From: Amphiscolops sp. MND2022
Taxonomy: Eukaryota
DNA length: 64,000 nt
Direction of reading: 5' to 3'
Assembly: GCA_964187785.1 (NCBI GenBank)
Contig: OZ076409.1
Location: 40,984,001-41,048,000, forward strand
Shown here: one piece after another, positions 48,517 through 60,941 of the stretch
How the letters are laid out: every line of letters starts with the position of its first letter
Numbering within the stretch: position 1 is the stretch's first letter
Translations under genes and position numbers: made by a program
The notes under the pieces: generated by a model
The model's input: only the letters and a program-made list of their open reading frames with translations
Told to the model about the DNA's origin: nothing
Databases searched by the model: none

Positions 48517-49134
48517 AACAAGACGGGAACGTCTAAAGTCGGCGCTATATCTAAGGCTCAAAAAGCTCAGAGTTTTCTAAATGGGATGTATTCATGAAAA
48601 GCTTTGAAAGCACTTTCGAGACACCCAAAGTGTGCCTTTTATGCTCGATATGACTGGAAAATCACTTTTCTCGACTGGAAACAAAAAAAATTGAAAATTT
48701 TTTTGAAAATTTTTTTTTGAAAAATTTTTTTTGAAAAAAACTTCGAAAACGTCGCATAGTGCCGAAAAATGAAAAGGGGGGACCCTTTGGGATTCATTAT
48801 TATACTTTCTGTTGCAAAATATCAAAAAATCCGAAGGGGGGACTCTTTTGAAAAAATAAAAATTTTCGAAAAAAAATTCGCACAGTGCCGAAAAAAAATT
48901 GAAAGGGGGGACCCTTTGGAGTCTTCCGGTTTTGTAGGTTACGTAAAAAAGGTAAAAAACGAAAGGGGGGACCCTTTGCAGTAAGTTTGCATTGGTCGAA
49001 CTTGGCCTGAGTGAACTTATCAGTTTCTGTAAAAAGTGGTACATACGCGATGAGCTCTGTGGTCTGACGAAAAAAAAAAAAACTAGCCACTGTAATAGTC
49101 GGGCTTTTTTCCTTAAAGGAAAATGCGCCGACTA
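48517..49134 (-). mobile_element. DINE-1/HINE-like element (young subfamily)
   Basis: Same termini as 33992-34597; inserted in the minisatellite. Confidence 0.8.
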
Positions 49135-49916
49135 AAAACACTATTGCACTGGAGTAACGTCTAAAGTAGCTTTTTTGAGAGAGATAGGATCCTTTTGTTG
49201 CGAAAGGCTAAGGTTGAGAATATGGAAATGGTATCATTCATCTCTCGCTTAAATTTTTCTGATTATCAGGTTAGGAACAACTTTTTTCAGAATTTCCTTT
49301 AGTCCAACGATGCAAATTTTGTAAGAGAGTTGTAAGACTTATGCATTTTTTGTACCAATTTCAGCTGAAAATCGCAAATTTTGCAACAATGTTGTAAGAG
49401 TTAGTGTCAAATAATGCATTTTCTTACAAGAGTTTTGTAAAAATTTTGCAAAAGATGTGAACTTTTTCAACTACGGCTACGACACATTTTAACTTTGAAG
49501 AACGAAAAGATTGTATGTCAATATTTGAGCCCGCATACTTCCGTTTGAGTGAAACACGATCGAATACGTTTTCTCAGGCTTTTCCTAATATCAGCTCGAT
49601 TTTTCTACAATCCTTTGTTGAAAATTGTTTTCTGCAATGCTTGATGTTGTCATATAATACTTGGAAGCAACAAGAGATGTTGATCATATATTATCAGTTG
49701 TTTTTTTCAGATTTTCAAAAACGTTTCTAAACAAACCTAACAAATAATGACACTGTTTGTGTTCACAGTGCCCATGTTGAGCATTCCCTGCGAATCTGTA
49801 CAGATCTGCACAGATCCTGACAGACATTCCAGGATTGTTCGAAAATTGAATAGTCATAAATTCAGTTTTCAAAAAAGAAGTTAGTTGGTTGAAAAGTGCT
49901 TTACGAACGAAACACG

Positions 49917-51122
49917 CCCTAGTTGAAGTTGTCGCGAAGTTTTACAGGCACCTTCAAAAAAAGCATTTTTAAAAAAGCATTGGAAAATTCAGGAACAATG
50001 CATGGAAACACTTTGTAGGATTACTATGCAGCTTTCAATAGTTGAGTTAAAACTGAAAACATTTACACTTCTTCACCATCGCGATCACTTTGTTTTCACG
50101 CGTAAGTTTCTCAAGTTATCTTATGTAAACACCGTTAGTCAAATAGCACGCTGAATATGACGCTACTTTGAAACTTCTAATTGTGATTCAAATTTACAGT
50201 ACTGTGATTAAGAAAACGTCCCCCGGGGCAATTTTAGGCTCAATTTTCTCGGAATCTATTGATAAATTTGAAAAACATTAGAAATAAAAGTTTCTTAGAA
50301 TTTCATCTAGTTTATATTAGTGTTTTTTTTATTTTTCTGGGACAAAAATTGAGAAAGTTACAATTAGCTGATTTTGAGCAAATTTGGGGCTTTTTTCCGT
50401 TTTACCAATTTTTGACTATTTTATCCATAGTTTTTTTGGCAACTTTTCTGCTCAAATAACTCACACAAATCTACTGAATCTATGGATATTTTTCGATTTC
50501 AACCGTTTTTGAAATATCATGCTCTAAAGGTATATTTTCGTCGATTTACATGTATTAAGATAGGAAATGAATGTTTCGCGGCGGACAATTGCGACTATTT
50601 TTCCATTTGGAATGTTTTTGAAACAAAAAACATATCATTGAATTCTATACATTCCGCAGAATTCGATTAATTTGAAATTTTCAGTAAAATATTTCAAAAA
50701 TCTGCCCAAAACTGCAAAAATAGCAGAATTGTGCATTCTGCGCCGGAGATTTCACTTGATGCGCCAATCAGAAATGAAAGTGAGATCAACTACGCATTTC
50801 TAATTGGTTGATAACGACGCTCAGCGCATAGGGGGACGATTTCGTAATCACGGTACTGTAGTTGTATTGAAACAGCGGTAAAATTGACGAAGGTCTCAGC
50901 TGCTTTCAAAATTAGGACAGCGTCTTTATCAAACCTGCAAACTTTCGCGGCTCAGAATTGCCGCCAAATTTAGGATGCTTCTTATAGGCAGCTTGATAAA
51001 TTCAAATTGCATCAGTGAAGTTTTAATGCATGGAGATTTCCTTGAGAATTTTATAAATTCATGAAAAATTAGCTTGGTAACCTACAAAAACTTGTAAAAA
51101 GTTTAAGCTGTTCCAGCCAGGG
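49917..51122 (+). mobile_element. CMC/EnSpm-type MITE interrupted by a Tc1/pogo MITE
   Basis: CCCTAG...CCAGGG with TSD CG/CG; removing the insert leaves 542 bp colinear with 25675-26210. Confidence 0.75.
50197..50858. mobile_element. Tc1/mariner-pogo-type MITE (662 bp)
   Basis: 28-bp TIR CAGTACTGTGATTAAGAAAACGTCCCCC / GGGGGACGATTTCGTAATCACGGTACTG (3 mismatches), TA TSD on both sides. Confidence 0.88.
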
Positions 51123-52185
51123 CGCCTCTTATTTGAAGTTTTAAAAAAGTTTCTATGCGAATCTGTACAGATCTGTACCGATCCTTGCAGATATTCCAGG
51201 ATTTGTTAAAAATTAACCATACCAATAAATTACTATAACGTATTCCGAGTTTCCAGCAATTGCTAAAACTACTCCCGCAAACCATTGTCCCGAAATATTA
51301 CAACCACAGCACTCTATCAACACCTCTACCAACTCAGATGGTGGCCAAATGTCTAATCACATTCGCCAAAACGAAGTCAATGTGACAAAGAAGCCTCTCA
51401 AAGTTTTAAAACCTCTTCTAGAAAGTTCACGTGAACTGGATAATTTACAGTGTATAACCAACACCGAACATTCCCCAGACACCAAATTTACCGTGATGGG
51501 GACAAGAGTTCCTGCTCAAGAATTTTGAGTGATGGAGAGTTTTAACTGACTGACCCTTGGTCAGCAAAAATATCTACTGAAGAAGCTAAAAAATGAAATG
51601 CATAGTTTCACTAGAAGGTCCGGAAAAATTTTTACTGAGAAATCTGTACAGAAAATCTTTGAACATCTGTAAAGATCCTTGCAGATCTGCAGTTGTCCTT
51701 ACGTAGCAGTGGCACGATCCTTACAGATCCTCAAGGAAAATTGGCTCACAGATCTTTACAGATTCTCGAAGAAAGCTCAACATGGGTGGTCATAATGTTT
51801 TTGGTGAAAGCTATACATTAAACCTAGTTTCAACGTAATAGCACATTATCAGAAATTGGTTCCATGGACGATCGATCATCAATGATAAAAAGGTGTTCCA
51901 TGGATCTCATTCAATGTCCATGACATGGCCCCTAAACATCCTAACCTTGTCCGTGTACAGGCAATAATGGAAAAAATCGAAGCATCGGCCGCTAATCGTA
52001 GTGGCCTATGTACCTTTGGTTTGCTTCGGATTGCCGGCGCGGGTTGTTCTGCGTAAAAAAGAACCCAAAACACAAATTTTTTACGTACTATGTATTTCTG
52101 CGGCTAATCATGAGCGCTATGTAAGCTGAGTCATGACAGTTTATTTCTCTTTGATGGTTTACCTATTAATATTGGTTGTTTTCAG

Positions 52186-52329
52186 AATGGAGGGAAGCGT
52201 TCATGTTGTTCGACCGGGACGGGGATGGGTCCATCACTGTGGAGGAAATCGGGATAGTGATGAAATCTCTCGGTCAGCACCCCACCAAACACGAGCTGGC
52301 CGAGATGATCAAAGAGGTCGACATCGACG
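52186..52329 (+). CDS. Calmodulin-like gene exon (EF-hand 1, start of EF-hand 2)
   Basis: ttttcag|..|gtgag; 144 bp, phase 1-1 as in calmodulin; [49 protein letters not shown]. Confidence 0.93.
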
Positions 52330-53784
52330 GTGAGTTTATGACATCATTTGAGCTACGTCATATGACGTCATAATTACGTCATCATCTTCCGGTTTACCAG
52401 TGTTTAAGTTTTTTTTCTCTCTCTCCCAAACAAAGTACGATGTCATTTGCAGAATATGCGCATTGGCGTTGTCGTTTGATTCTGGTTCAAGGGTGAAACC
52501 TTCAAAATCCCATATCGTGAAAAAAAAGATAAAAATTCATTCCTAAGTGCTTCTTTTCATTCTGTACGAAAAACTTAACATGAAAATACAATTTGAGACG
52601 CATTCCTAGATGTAGATTTATGAAAATCGCTTGGAAACCAAACCGCCAACACTTTATAAACCCTCATTGTATCTACCTGCAAGCTTGGGTTTTACCAGGA
52701 TTTGCAATCGAAATTCTATGAATATTCAAATCTCTGAACTAATTTTAGCTAACAATTACTTGAAGTGTTTGAAAGTTTTAGTAGTGGTTATAATATCTGA
52801 AAAGCTACAACGTAACAATCGTTCATAGATAAACATGAATTTTCCCATTTCCAGGTGTTTCTGATGATTTTCGGATACAACGTAAACTACATTATACTTT
52901 ACATTATAGACGAAAATTAGAATAAAATTACAGGAAAAAATAATGTATACATTATTACATTATATATGAAAGACGATTGTAATATATGAGAGTATGTTAA
53001 TTTCTTTCTTCCAAATTACATTTAAAATTACAAATGATAATGTCAAGCAAGGTTCCTAGTTTATGGATGCCCTAGTTGAAAGTGCTCGAAAGTTTTACAT
53101 GTTTTTATAGGTTGCAAGGCAAATTTATTAGGTTTTTGGGAGCTGCTTGGTGAAAATTTCATGCCTAAAATTTTCATGCTGCGTCACTAATTCTTCAGGT
53201 ATTTATTAGGATTCCTTTACAATTTGGCGGGTTTTCAAAGTAACATCAAGGAAATTAAACCCAAATTACCCGCGAAATATTGTATGTTTTTGTGGGCAAT
53301 GCTTGAAATTTTGTAAGCACAGACGCTACAATATGACGTAAACAAATAGTGAAAGAGTGCCAGTGTAGCAAACAAATTCGTATTACTGGATTTTTTTTCG
53401 GGGAAAAAATTTTTTTGCTCGCAAACTGTTGAAAAACGCAATATGGAAAAATTTTCAGGTTTCGAAAATCGAAAACATTGTCGTATTGAAGTTTTGAACT
53501 GTTTTTCAAGGGAACTACTTTGAGAGCGGAATATCAAAACCGGCTGTTTTGATAGGTTGAAATTTCAAACTTTTTCAAGCCATGATATTCGTTCAAAAAG
53601 TCTGAATTACTGAAACAAACAGTTACTAAAGGCTTTTGCGAGAATTTCGATTCGAATTGCGCACGAATCATCAAATTCTAGTGTTTTTTTCGATAAAAAT
53701 CTTCGAAATTTTTTTTTTGAAAAATTCGAAGTCGAAGAAATCAGTCAAATTTCTTCTGAGTTTACTGAGTTCTGGAAAGCAGAA

Positions 53785-54121
53785 CATTAGATCTTATTCC
53801 CCCCTCTACGGATCCAGTAATACGAATCTTATTCCCTTTTTTGATTTTAGATCTTATTCTTTAGATCTTCTTCCCCCCTCCACGGAATAAGATCTAAAGA
53901 ATAAGATCTAAAACTTCAGGACGGGAATACGATCTAAAATCAATGCATTTTAGATCTTATTCCCGTTCTCTAAAGATTAACATCTGAAGGGAATAAGATC
54001 TAACATTTTAGATCTTATTCCCCTTTTGGAAGTTGAGCATGTCATGATTTTAGATCTTATTATTTTAGATCTTATTCTTTAGATCTTATTCCCCTCTCCC
54101 CTAATTCCGTTAGATCTTATT
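53785..54121. repeat. Array of TAGATCTTATTC motifs in both orientations
   Basis: About ten copies, some inverted (GAATAAGATCTAA); related to the 48236-48516 unit. Confidence 0.7.
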
Positions 54122-54535
54122 TAGGGATGTACCGGAATTCTCTTAAAACCGGATTTAGGGATGTACCGGAACAAAATTCTCTTAAAAACAGCATTGGTTC
54201 CAAATTGTTTTAAATTGTTTCATAAATTGATACAAAAACTAAAACAATTTCAGATTATGGTGGAGAAATAAAAGTACTTTACAGTAAAATATGTCCACGC
54301 GGATGATGCCATAAATATCTTAAAATAAATTAAACGCTGAAAGTGAGTATGCAAGTTTTGCAAGTTTATTTCTGAGAAATCGCATATAAAGCAATCGATA
54401 CAAAGCAAAAAAAAACATGTTACGTAAATGTAGGATAGCACAATCAAAGTTCCGGTCCGGTTCCGGCCGGAACTGGAAATCGAGTTCCGGTCCGGTTCCG
54501 GCCGGAACTCAAAAACGCATTCCGGTACATCCCTA
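54122..54535. mobile_element. hAT-type MITE (414 bp)
   Basis: TIR TAGGGATGTACCGGAA / TTCCGGTACATCCCTA; perfect 8-bp TSD ATCTTATT (54114-54121, 54536-54543). Confidence 0.92.
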
Positions 54536-55389
54536 ATCTTATTCCTGTCTCTCCATGAGTTCATTTCTGATCGTTTCAAATATACAAGCAAGTGGTTTTT
54601 GTGTAATGGAGATACGAAACAATATGTAAGCGGGGCTTTAGTAAGAATTTTCTTTAAATACCATTACTGACAGAATAACAATTTTGTCATACTATATCTT
54701 TCACAAAATCGAAAAATACTTGGAATACCAACGAGGTTTTATGTATTACTACTACTACTACTAGAAGACTTAATTCCCTTTTTATATAAAGGAACATATA
54801 TGTGTGCAAAACATTGCAACTGGAACGGTGATAATTTCACGATTATTGATACAAATTGAATTAACTTGTGTATTTTCAAGCACTGTGAAATCTTGTAGCA
54901 GAGCAACATACAAAATCATGCATTTCAAACTGCTCTGGGGAAAGTCCCTGAACTCATGGGGTTTCAAAAGTTTTTTTGGATGTTTTATCTTCAGTGACGA
55001 AAAATTTATTTAAATTTCAAGATCAATTGTAATTGTGGCTTTTCTTCGAGTTTTTACTGAGCTCAGTGTAAGTGCTAGATCAAGGGAGAACTAAAATTTG
55101 AAAGGTGTCAAATCGGCTTTTTTAGTCTTTTCGAAATTTTTCGTTGAAATTGCCTGTTTTTTTCCAAACATTTTCTAGGCTGCAGCCATATTTTTTCAAA
55201 TGTGCATATATCTGCTCAGAGGATTTTGCAGGTTGCATGGAAATTTTACAAAATTTTTCCATGCATGCTTCCAGTATTTTCTATGTTTTTCAAAAATTTA
55301 CAATGCATGCATGGATGCAACATGGAAAACTTTCCGGCATGTCCGACTAGGGTGATATTGTACGTCTAACTACAAGATCTCATTTTCAG

Positions 55390-55484
55390 GGTCGCAGACA
55401 ATCGATTTCAACGAATTCCTCTACATGATGGCCAAAAAGATGCGGGACACGGACTCCGAAGAGGAACTTCGCTCCGCCTTCAAG
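55390..55484 (+). CDS. Calmodulin-like gene exon (EF-hand 2 and central linker)
   Basis: ttttcag|..AAG|gt; [31 protein letters not shown] versus calmodulin [29 protein letters not shown]. Confidence 0.93.
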
Positions 55485-58400
55485 GTTCAATATCTTTACA
55501 GTTTGCAACAAAGTTGTTGACTACAAGACAATCAAACTGAGTGTTACTCATGCTTAATCTAGTACGAGCTGTTCGATCTTTCGATTTTGAGCAGCCATTT
55601 TGTGTGAAAGGTAAGATCTTTGCAAAAAAAGTCTGGCGGTTTTTCTCACACCCCTTGGCCATGCATGCTGATGAAATCAAAAATCTTTTAATGGTCAACT
55701 AGTGATGTAATTATTCAAAATATCAACGTATAAGCACATTGTTGAGCAAATTTCCAGTCTGTGAAGTAAAAATCTACCGAAAAACTGTTGATATTAAAAG
55801 GCAACAACTAATTTTAGATTAGTGGCATACTTTGTTTCATCAAAATATCATATGACAAATTGTAACCCATCGGTGCTGTCAAACTTTCTTCAAGTTGATA
55901 TTAGAAACATATTTATCATCATTATGCCATTTTTGTAAATAACCTATTTTCTGTGTTGCAAAGATGCCATGGATACTCAAAGACCTATCATGAATAATTC
56001 CATGACTTATCATGGATGACTCATTCAATAATTATCAATGGCTTGAGTCCAAAAAACTGAAACTGTCCAAGATTCTCCGTGATAATAGATAAAAATAATG
56101 AGTAGAAAAGTCATGATAACGAATGATTATTTTTAGCGAGTCCGGACAAACAACCGAAGTCTTGTTCAGCTTGGATGACATTTTAGTTGCTCTGGAATGT
56201 TTGAATTTTAATTGTCGTTCAACTTTCGAAAGAGTAAATTTTAGCATCAAAAGGTCAGCGGTGCTGGAATGTCACCAAGGCATCAATATACACAACTGTG
56301 GAAGAAGAAAAAGAAGAAGAAAATATTCAACTGTACAAGAAGATATACAAAGTCACAAATCTTCAATGAACAATTTGAATTGGACAATGAATGAGCCCTA
56401 GAGTTACAAAAACACAAACCTTGCAGAAAACTTGGATTGCGTTTTTACATTGATATAAAAATGTCTATTTCATGCAAATCAAAATGCTTTGGGGGGACAT
56501 CTCATGGGGGCCTTGTTCGATTGTTCAGGAGAATAGCATCATATCATTTCTGTCGCATTTGTTGTCACAACGAAATTAGGATTCGATTCTGCAATTAATG
56601 TCTCGAGAGCCATTATACACTATATGAGAGAGTCCTAAATGTACAATTTCTTCAGAATTGTACACCTGGAGGTGGAAGTCAATTTTCGAGTAAGCCTTTT
56701 TTGTGACTTTCTTGTTTTCAAAAAGAGTACAAAAGTGGTCTTTTCAAAAAAATTGTCTTTCGGTTAGCAACCAGTACTTTTGGGTAAGAATTTTAAATTC
56801 ACCCTGACTTTTCATTGATTTGTGGACTTGATTTAATGTCTATTGCATGAAACACTCCTAACTCGTAGTTCATCTGGTCATACTATTCCCCAGTCAAAAG
56901 GAAAACAAAAATACTTTCTTTAGCATTTAGTAGTTCTTGGAATTCAAACCAGCTTCTTACGGAACCAATTCACTTGATATGGAAAATATTAAGCTTTCAA
57001 GTTACTTGCAAGAAAAATAGGTGTCTTGCAAGATTCTGTTTCGATATCTTGCAAGTTGTACATCAACTTGCAAGAATCTTGCAAGGGTTCTATTGTCATG
57101 CAAGAAACTGGCAAGAGATTTACTCTTCGCAGAAAACTTGCACGATTCTCGCAAGAGTTAATATTTTTTTTTCAACTAGGGAGGTTAAGAAATTCGTCAC
57201 ACCTTTGTCCTTCATCAATCAAACTAAAGCATTCAAGAAGCAAGAGGAACACATTTTTCCGGACTGTATTGATAATTAGCAAAGACGTTACGGTCCTTCG
57301 ATTTGTACAAATGCTGTGTATCTTTCTTCGTAAACATAATTGCCTAAAAACACATTGTAGTTGAATAAGTACCAATAACCAAACTTTCCGAAACGTTGTT
57401 GAGTAAAATTTTTCTTTCGCCAAGTGAGCATTTTTACTTTCCGTGGAATCTATTTCAATTCCTTCAACCAGTTGTAGCTGAAAATTAACCCGTTTTCCAT
57501 GGACTAAGTCTCAGTGCTTGTGGAAGTTCGTGAGCAACTTAGGGTGTATTATTGCTTTCGCCTCTTGTGTGATCTATATTCTAAATAGTTTTTTTTCAAC
57601 CATCACTTCAAGCGATGAATTTCACTTTGAATTACCTGAAAGCTTCCAAAATGAGTTCCATATACCACGTTTCAAACACATTCAAAATTTTTTCCCTCAA
57701 AATTTCTAGATACACTATCTTATTGGTTTTCGTGGAAAATTGCTTGTAATATCCGTCGTTCAGACGATTCAAATTTCTCCGAGTTAGTCTTGGCAGCACT
57801 TCTGTAAAACATTGGACCGCATAGTAGATTTGGCAGAATTTGCTAGGCCCGCGTTGAAGTTTAAAAAACATGCTAATTTGCAAGTTTTTTACTTCATGCT
57901 GCGGTTTTTTCGTTTTGTTGATTTTGCGATCGACAAAAAAGTTTTGAATCAAGGCTTTTCTCGTAAGCTATAATAACCTGAACTTGACGTTAGTGATTGC
58001 TTGAACTTCATGTTTTTGGTCGGCGAATTTTGTCAGCAATGTTCCCGACAATTACAATGGCTTGTTGTTTTTCTTTTTGTCAGATGTCAGAATTTATCTG
58101 AGCGGTTCACTCTGAGAAGAGACTTGCTTGACTCGCCACTTGGCCCAGTGGGAAGCGTGCGTGGCAGTGAAGCAGGACTTTGTGGGTTCGACTCTGTGTT
58201 GATCTAAAAAATGTTTTAAAGTTAAAGAGACGAAAGACCCTTTTGTCGGCGCTACTTCTCTCGAACATTTGGGTATTTGGATGTTTTCACTCGGTAAACA
58301 AAAACATTTTGAGCCAAAAAATCCCAACTTTTCCTGCATTGTGCGACCATCTTTTCATTTTTCACTTTTTGATTTTTTAGTTTTCAAGCTCAAAAAAGCG

Positions 58401-58831
58401 TTTTCGGAGTTTGAAGTCCTTTTTTCGGATAACTTCTGCACTGTAACTTTTTCCTGAAATTTTTTGGAAGCCATCTGTGGGCATAATCGAAGGACTTCGA
58501 GCTTTTTGAGCTTCAGACGGTCCTGTCTTGTTTTGCTTGTAGAATATGAGACGAAATCGTCAAACAGTATTGGTAGGAAAATCACTGTGCTATTCAACTG
58601 GTTTTCAGCGCAGAAGTTCGATTTCATCATCCAGAGTCTAAGTTCTTCCAAAAAAGGAATGTGGCGTAGGATAAAGGCGTGAAAAACTCTCGGATCGTCA
58701 TAGTTTAATAACATTGAAATTCATTGGAATCATTCTTTATTGTTTTCCTATTTTCTTTAGTGTCACCACGTAACCTTTGATGTGCTTGAGCTCTTTTCAA
58801 GTAGCTTCTACCGTTTTTTTTTCATTTATAG

Positions 58832-58915
58832 GTGTTCGATAAAGAAAATCGAGGAGAAATCTGCATCGAGGAAATGAAAAACATTCTGCGACTCAGCAAA
58901 ATGAACGAAGATGAA
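58832..58915 (+). CDS. Calmodulin-like gene exon (EF-hand 3)
   Basis: tttatag|..GAA|gtacg; 84 bp, phase 0-0; VFDKENRGEICIEEMKNILRLSKMNEDE. Confidence 0.85.
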
Positions 58916-59688
58916 GTACGTTTGTTTATTTTCCAAATTTATGGTTTTAATTAGTTGAAATAAAAGCTGAAACTGCTTGCAGAGGAAATATGCCAGAATT
59001 TTCAATGATAATATATCTAATAGATCAATGGTACTTCAAAGTAACAGAGGTCTATTCAAATGTCTGAGCTTCCGCAATTGTTTTCTTTTCTTTATCAACC
59101 TATTCTCTTTTTCCTCAAAACTTTTCATGACATGCATGGAACATGGCGTTTATAAAGGAATCAGAAAAGTTGCAGTGGAAACACTCAATCCCAATAATCA
59201 TATTTATTAGAGACGCGAATAACGTCTAAGGAATAAAGTCTAAAATTCAATGAATTAGGATTGGGAATGAGTATGACGTGGCTTTAGACGTTATTCCCGC
59301 TCGCCCATATTTATGATATAAATCGTAAAATGCGAACTTGAGTTTTTTACACTTTTTTGAACCGAAGAATAGAAAAGGGCCATTCGAATATCATACAAAG
59401 CGCCAACTAAACACTAGTATAGTTCCAGCTCTGAACTATTTCAGCAACATATTTTCTGAAAAATCGTTCGAAAAAAAACAGTAATAAGATAGTTCATAAG
59501 ATACAAAGATAATTGCTTTGGCACTTTTTGGACACTTTTTCACTGGAAACATAGATGTTTCGAAACTAATTTTTATCATTGAATGCTGTGGAAGGAGCTC
59601 TAGCTTTTTACTATTAAATTGTGTATGACAAACTTGAAAACAAAATGGCTGAGAGATTTGAGAGCCACAAAAGTGTGTCTGTTCATAG

Positions 59689-59985
59689 ATCGAAGAGTTG
59701 ATTGAAGAAGCAGATTCTGACAGGAGGGGGGTGGTGAGGTATGACTCCACGTTCCGTCAGTGGTGTCCCTCTACCGAGAAATACTGGGAGGGCGTGGCAA
59801 AAGAGTATAGGGTGTCACAGAATAAAAAAGCCGAGCAGCACTCCACCTCCTCCTCCTACCACCACGGTCGACCCAGCAGAGGGGGAGGCAAGTTCACCAT
59901 CGGGGTAGAACGACTGTTCAGAAGGGTGTTCTCTCAAAGAACAACCAATCAAAATAAACCTGAAAAAACAGGTTCGCATTTTTGA
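59689..59985 (+). CDS. Calmodulin-like gene, probable last exon (degenerate EF-hand 4 plus ~75-aa tail)
   Basis: ttcatag|ATC; IEELIEEADSDRRGVVRYDSTF... to TGA at 59983-59985. A possible donor (acag|gttcg) near 59971 could extend the gene. Confidence 0.75.
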   Translation: MEELIEEADSDRRGVVRYDSTFRQWCPSTEKYWEGVAKEYRVSQNKKAEQHSTSSSYHHGRPSRGGGKFTIGVERLFRRVFSQRTTNQNKPEKTGSHF

Positions 59986-60941
59986 TTACTGTTGTAGTTG
60001 TATTCTAATGCTACCGGGTTTAAAAAGTAAGATAATAGGTAAAACCAACTAGTATCGTTTATTGAAAACAATGAAACAATGTAAGTGCACACTCATCTGA
60101 AAAAGATACTTGATTTTAGAGTGACCAATATTCTCTATTGCATTAACTCGGGCTTCTCGACCAAGATTACCATAGTCTGGGCCCCATATGGAACTCTTCA
60201 AATCATACAAAATTCTTTATATGATTTTATAATGATCAAGCTGGAATAATATATGACCAGAGAAAGGTCAGTCTGGAATCATAAACCTTTATAACCTAAA
60301 TAATGATCAGCCTGCATTCATAAACAACCCCGTTGGCCTAACATGCAATTTTTACAAATAGTTTCAAAGAAAAACGTCATCAGTTTTTAGAGCTGAAAAT
60401 AGAACAAGCCGTTTTTGATCATCCTGTAGCCCTGAACATGTAAATCAGCTTATAGTCATTTTGTTTACCATACACATGTATCGATCCCGTGTTTTTCATG
60501 GCTTACTATAATTAGTCAGTTCCATTATGGGTGATTAAATAATTTCGTTCATCATAACGCTTTTGGCGGGAGAAAATCAAAACAAAAAGAACAACGGTAG
60601 TTGTCAGAGCTTTGTAGGCCTTGATCAAGTCACTTCGAAACCACAGCTTCAAGCTTACCATTGCTTGACAACTTGGCTGCAAATATTGCCCTAGTCAAGA
60701 TTTCTTGTACTTTTTACATGCTGCATGGAAACATGCAGACTATTTTTCAGAAAACATGGAAAATTCAGGGACCATGCATGAAAAATGTTATAAAACTTCT
60801 GAGCAGTTTAAAAAAGCGTAGATCATATCCATGCACATTGAAAAATCTTCCAAGCAGTTGACAGAAACACATTTATAGAATCAAAGAAAACGTACGTTTC
60901 TAGTTATGTGATCTACGTCCAGTTCGTCGGCGCTTTATTAT

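Noticed and set aside
52186..59985. Assigning the symbol CALM or troponin C
   Set aside because: Too divergent from canonical calmodulin (degenerate EF3/EF4, extensions); orthology needs a phylogeny.
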